From Lepidodermella squamata (taxonomy: Eukaryota; Animalia; Gastrotricha), in contig JBLDXI010000046.1 in the NCBI GenBank assembly GCA_047495785.1, positions 868,001 through 932,000 of the forward strand: a DNA stretch of 64,000 nucleotides, written 5' to 3'. Below, piece after piece: positions 59,369 through 64,000 of the stretch. Numbering within the stretch: the first letter of the stretch is position 1; the number at the start of each line of letters is the position of its first letter. The position numbers and the translations under genes were made by a program. The notes under the pieces are model-generated. The model had not been told where the DNA came from. It saw nothing but the letters and a program-made list of their open reading frames with translations, and ran no database searches.

Positions 59369-60835
59369 TTAAATTTCCATATCACCGCCATCTTCAGATA
59401 GCCATTCTTCGTGTGGTTCGATGAATCGCGAGCTGAGAGGTTTAATTCTCGCATAAGTCTTGCCTTTCCAGTTCTTGATATCCGCCAATTCTGGGCACTT
59501 CTCCAATAAATAGCTTACAATCTCAGGCAAATCGTGGCGACGAGCTTTGTGAAGAATAGTATTCCCCCTAAACATGTCTCGAGTTGTTAAATCAACATTA
59601 TTTTTGCCAACTAAAATTGCGAGAAGTTGCCGTTTTCCGGCATATTTCGCCGCACTCGCTGTATCCATCATTTGATCGCAATAATAACGCCAATACGACA
59701 GCGGTTCTTCAATTTTCAAGGCATGAGCTCGCCGAGGAAATCTTCCACTTTTTTTGTCGAAATAATACCGCCTATTATCAGAATGCAGAGGCCAAAAATC
59801 GGCGAAAATCTTGTGAAGCAACAACGGCGCTTTTTCGCGGAAATTCTCCCAGCGAGATTTTTCCAACGCCAAAAAAATGTACGGAATTAAATCTGGGTCT
59901 CCGGTGATAGTCGCGAAATGGAACCAAATAGCCTCGCAATCCAGGTCGAGGGCCAAAATTTTGAGCCCATTTTCGACCAGATATTTCAGGATGAAAGTTT
60001 GGCCGAGCCTCACCGCGCTATCAAAAGCAGATTTCTTGATTTCAACTTTTTTATCAACCAGTAAATCAATTAATTCGAAATCTCCCATTTTTATGGCCAA
60101 ATTGATCGAATTAAAAGACCTGTTTTCTTTCAAGAATTCAAGCCCGGCAAGAGATGGAAATTTTCCGATCAAGTATTTGAAAATTTCGCGTTTTCTCGAT
60201 TTTTCCCAATCATCTTTGCGGCCCATCAGTGGCAAATGAGTAGTTGATAGCTGACTCAACTGACTCAACGTCCAGCACGGAACGAAAGGATCAGCTCCGA
60301 GTTCTTCAATCAACAATTTTACCATTTCGAAATTGCCGGCCAGAACTGCTACGTGGAGAATCGGACTGCCGTATCGAATAATTTCATGTTTCGAGTAAAA
60401 CGAAAACTTCAACGGTCGAATATTTCCCAAAAATTTGCGAGTTTCAGCGTTTAATCCGGGGCGGGATAATATTTCTTTCAAGACCGAAAAACCACCGTCG
60501 AGATACGGTTTTTCAGGAAATAGCTTGGCGATATCACTCGGAATTATTTGAAATAGTGTGTCGTAGTACCAGTAACAATGGCCGTAGTGTTCATTTCGGA
60601 TTGGAAGGTTTGCACAAGAAGGCTCGACGACACATTTACCATACTCGGCCGGGTTAATTTTATGGTCGATTTTCAATAGTTCCAATACTAATTTTATCCA
60701 ATCTTCCTCAGTGTGAGCAGAAGCAGTCTGTAATTCCACTTGATCAAGGTAGCAAGCGATTTCAAGAGGCAAAACTCGATTAATGAAACCAGACTCCATC
60801 AAATTGAAGAGACACTTCAGTTCGTCGACTGTCAT
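59369..60835 (-). CDS. Ankyrin-repeat array member 3 (intronless)
   Basis: 488-aa intact paralog of member 2. Confidence 0.88.
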   Translation of the reverse strand: MTVDELKCLFNLMESGFINRVLPLEIACYLDQVELQTASAHTEEDWIKLVLELLKIDHKINPAEYGKCVVEPSCANLPIRNEHYGHCYWYYDTLFQIIPSDIAKLFPEKPYLDGGFSVLKEILSRPGLNAETRKFLGNIRPLKFSFYSKHEIIRYGSPILHVAVLAGNFEMVKLLIEELGADPFVPCWTLSQLSQLSTTHLPLMGRKDDWEKSRKREIFKYLIGKFPSLAGLEFLKENRSFNSINLAIKMGDFELIDLLVDKKVEIKKSAFDSAVRLGQTFILKYLVENGLKILALDLDCEAIWFHFATITGDPDLIPYIFLALEKSRWENFREKAPLLLHKIFADFWPLHSDNRRYYFDKKSGRFPRRAHALKIEEPLSYWRYYCDQMMDTASAAKYAGKRQLLAILVGKNNVDLTTRDMFRGNTILHKARRHDLPEIVSYLLEKCPELADIKNWKGKTYARIKPLSSRFIEPHEEWLSEDGGDMEI

Positions 60836-61227
60836 TTTTTCGTTCAGAAAATCCTTTACAAATCTCGACTGATCCGGGTTACAGATTTTTTAATTAAAAC
60901 CTAAAGCAAAAGATTAAGGTGTTCTCAATTTTTACAGGTTTATACGCCAAAATTGTCAAGTTTATGACTCGGTAGCATAAGTCAGACTTCTCACAAAAAT
61001 CTCACAAAAAGTGGCAGAAATATATGAAAGATTTGCCAAATAAATCGCGTAAATAGGAAAAATATACATAAAATGTAGAATTAGAAAGAAAAAACAGGGA
61101 TTAATGGAAAGTATAAATTTTTAAATTCTCAATTCTTTTGAAACAACTGAATGAAAAATAATTTTTTCAAACAAAAAAAACAAAAAATTGACGCCAGAAA
61201 AATTAGTTTTTTTCAAATTTTTCCTTT

Positions 61228-62673
61228 TCAAATTGCCATCTCCTCCTCGTCCTCCGTTATCCACTCTTCGTAGGGTCTGATGTACTGATCATTCAGCGGT
61301 TTGATCTTCTCGTAAGTTTTTCCTTTCAAGTTCTTGATTTTCGCCAATTCCGGGCATTTTTCCAACAGGTACCCGACCATCTCCGGTAGAATGTGACGAC
61401 GCGCTTTGTGAAGAATCGTATTGCCTCGTTGTTCATCCTGAGTCGTCAAATCAACCCCTTTTTCAATCTAAATCTCGAGAAGTTGCCGTTTTCCAGCATA
61501 TTTTGCAGCGCTCGATGTATCCATCATTTCGTCACAATAATACTCCCAAAACGAGAACGGCTCTTCGACCTTCATAGCATGAGCTCGGCGAGAAAACCCA
61601 TCGGTCTTATCGTAGTAAAATCGTTCATTGTCCGCGTGTAACGGCCAAAAATCAGCGAAAATCTTGTGAAGTAACTGCGGAGCTTTTTCATTGAAATTCT
61701 CGTCCGAAGAATTTTCCAAAATCGAAAAAATGTACGGAATTAAATCAGAATCGCCTGTTTTCGACACAAAATGCAGCCAAACCGCCTCGCAATCCAGGTC
61801 AAGGGCCGAAATTCTCAGCCCATTTTCGACCAAATATTTCAGGATAAAAGTCCGGCCAAGTCTTACAGCGCTATCGAAAGCAGATTTTTTGATTTCAACT
61901 ATCATTTTAACCAAGAAATCAATTATTTCAAAATCTCCCATTCTAACGGCTAAATTGATCAAATTTGCCGGTTCATCGTCTTTTTTGAACTCGAGATAGG
62001 CAAGACCTGGGAATTTTTCGACCAAGAACTTGAAAATATCGCGTTTTTTCGATTTTTCCCAATCATTTTTCCGGCCCATCAGAGTCAGATGAATAGCTGA
62101 TCGGTCGATATCCCTCCAGCAGTTGACAAATGGATTAGCTCCAAGTTCTTCAGTCAAAAATTTGACCATTTCCAAATTTCCGGCTATAACTGCTGAGTGG
62201 AGAATTGGACTGCCGTATCGAACAAATTCGCGTTTCGAGTTGAGCTTCAGAGGTTGAATATTTCCCAAAAAGTTACGAGTCTCATCACTCAATCCAGGTC
62301 GTGATAAAATTTGCTTCAAAACCGTAAATCCGCCGTCGACATGCGGCTCTTCAGGAAAAAGTCTGGCAATATCGCTTGGAATTATATCAAAACCTTTGTC
62401 AAAGTTCCAGTAGCAATGGCCGTAATTTTTGTTCCGGATCGGAATGTTAACGACCAGAGGCTCCTCGGTACAGCTACCATATTCGGCCGAATTAATTTTT
62501 CGGTCGATTTTCAGGAGTTCCAGAGTTAATTTCATCAGATCTTCATAACTGGAAGAAGCAGCTAGCCGGAATTTCATGTTATTCAGGCAAGATTTGACTT
62601 CGGCGGGCAAACGCTGGCTGGTCAAACCAGATTCCATCAAATTGAAAAGACATTTCAGCTCATCAGCCCTCAT
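61228..62673 (-). pseudogene. Ankyrin-repeat array member 4 (single nonsense mutation)
   Basis: In-frame TAG at 61468-61470 where member 2 has TTG (LEILVEKG); the frame continues to 61228. Confidence 0.8.
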
Positions 62674-63568
62674 TTTAATGGACAAATTCTAAGAAAATCA
62701 ATAGAAGCCAAAAAAGTTAAGAAGTCGATAGTAACACTGAGCATTCTAAAGTTGAATAAGCATTTCCGAGTTTTTTTTCTAAATTCAGTCCCAAATCCCA
62801 AGTTACGCAACATCTAGGAGCTTCTTAATCTTGATGGATATGCCCTCCATGACTGCGGGATTCATGAGCTTCCTGGTACCAGCTCAGTTAGGTAGAAACT
62901 GTTTCAATGTTAGCTTCGACGAATCGGAAAAATGAAAAAAAATCACCAATTTGACACTTTGGAATCTAGTTAACTGATCGCCGATGGAAAAATAGAGAGA
63001 TCTATCGATAATACAAATAATTAGGTTTCAACGGAAAAATTGAAAATCGAAACCCATATTATGGGAAAATTGAGGGCTGGTGCCCTAAAGAGCCCTGAAT
63101 TTCGGGCGTTTACTAAGCGATTACTAAGTTTACTAAGCTAACCTTGCCAAAGCGATTTTAGGGTGTTTCGGCCTGAAGATAATCGCCGATTTCTTTTAAA
63201 AAATGTATACAATTTTTATTCAAGAATAGAAATAGAAGTATTAATATCTACTTGCGAAAATTCGCAAAACCTTGCGCCATCACTTGCTTTGGATCAACTT
63301 TTTTGAAAATGAGATTAAATAAATCTTTCTTAAATTTAATCATCTAAATAAATGAAAAAAATATATAATGCAGATCAAAGAAATGTTTAACATTCAGTGT
63401 TTCAGATCTTCTTTCAATATAGATAAAATCATTGGCTATTGAATAAAATCAAGTATTGGTATCAATAATCGAAAAAGCTATCAAACTTAACAAAATCAGC
63501 GGTGATAAGTCAGTTTTTTAGGTGTTTTTCACGTCACTTCAACATTTACCGCTGTTATCATTCGAATT

Positions 63569-64000
63569 CTAGTCCAAGTAATCAATTTCACAAATATCCC
63601 GCTCAAAATTAGAATCGCGATCGTCCAGAACGCTGAAAGCATCCCGCATTTCGACTTCATCGAACCTTTGCCCCTTGTTGTTTTCAAGCAAAGCCAAATC
63701 AGGGCATTTCTCCAGCAAAAATCGTTCCATCCTAACAAGGCGGTGATGGCGAGCCTTGTGCAAAATTGTGTTGCCGTTTTTATCCTGATTTTTCAAATCA
63801 ACCCCGATTGCAGCGAGGAATTCAACCAGAGCCGATTTCCCAGCAAACAGAGCGGCTTGTTCTGAATAGTCCAAACTATCATCGGTGATATGACCAAACA
63901 AATAAGGCTCAAAATTTTTGATAGCATGGATAAATCGCGGAAATTCATCGTTGTCCAAGACTTTTTCACAATTGGAGTCAAGCGGCCAAAAATCTTCGAA
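63569..64000 (-). CDS. Ankyrin-repeat array member 5, 3' part (runs off the window)
   Basis: FEDFWPL...AALFAGKSALVEFL...QDKNGNTILHKARHH...LLEKCP. Confidence 0.82.
   Translation of the reverse strand, partial: FEDFWPLDSNCEKVLDNDEFPRFIHAIKNFEPYLFGHITDDSLDYSEQAALFAGKSALVEFLAAIGVDLKNQDKNGNTILHKARHHRLVRMERFLLEKCPDLALLENNKGQRFDEVEMRDAFSVLDDRDSNFERDICEIDYLD

Overview
This is compact invertebrate animal (metazoan) genomic DNA with ~50-nt GT-AG introns, Pol III tRNA genes and many transposons; it is not prokaryotic. 0-18 kb is a recently rearranged astacin metalloprotease locus (signal-astacin-EGF-CUB-kringle). It holds two identical intact copies in a 4654-bp tandem duplication, an inverted 3'-half copy and two decayed paralogs. 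The intact enzyme has a non-canonical active site (third Zn ligand Asp; Met-turn SIMHP). 18-25 kb is an intact full-length Jockey/I-like LINE with 27-bp hairpin monomers at its 5' end, flanked by an apparently identical 990-bp direct repeat that looks like a giant target-site duplication. 25-30.5 kb is a tRNA cluster in which a CR1-like LINE splits a tRNA-Ala-like gene in its anticodon loop and carries two nested DNA transposons. 30.7-64 kb contains two S1 serine proteases (one pseudogene), an NB-ARC-ankyrin STAND protein, a nodulin-like MFS transporter, an intronless TPR-SET gene, three divergent single-FN3-like membrane proteins, a coiled-coil/ankyrin gene, and a tandem array of at least 5 intronless ankyrin genes undergoing birth and death. 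All calls were made by eye from motifs; no database searches were run.
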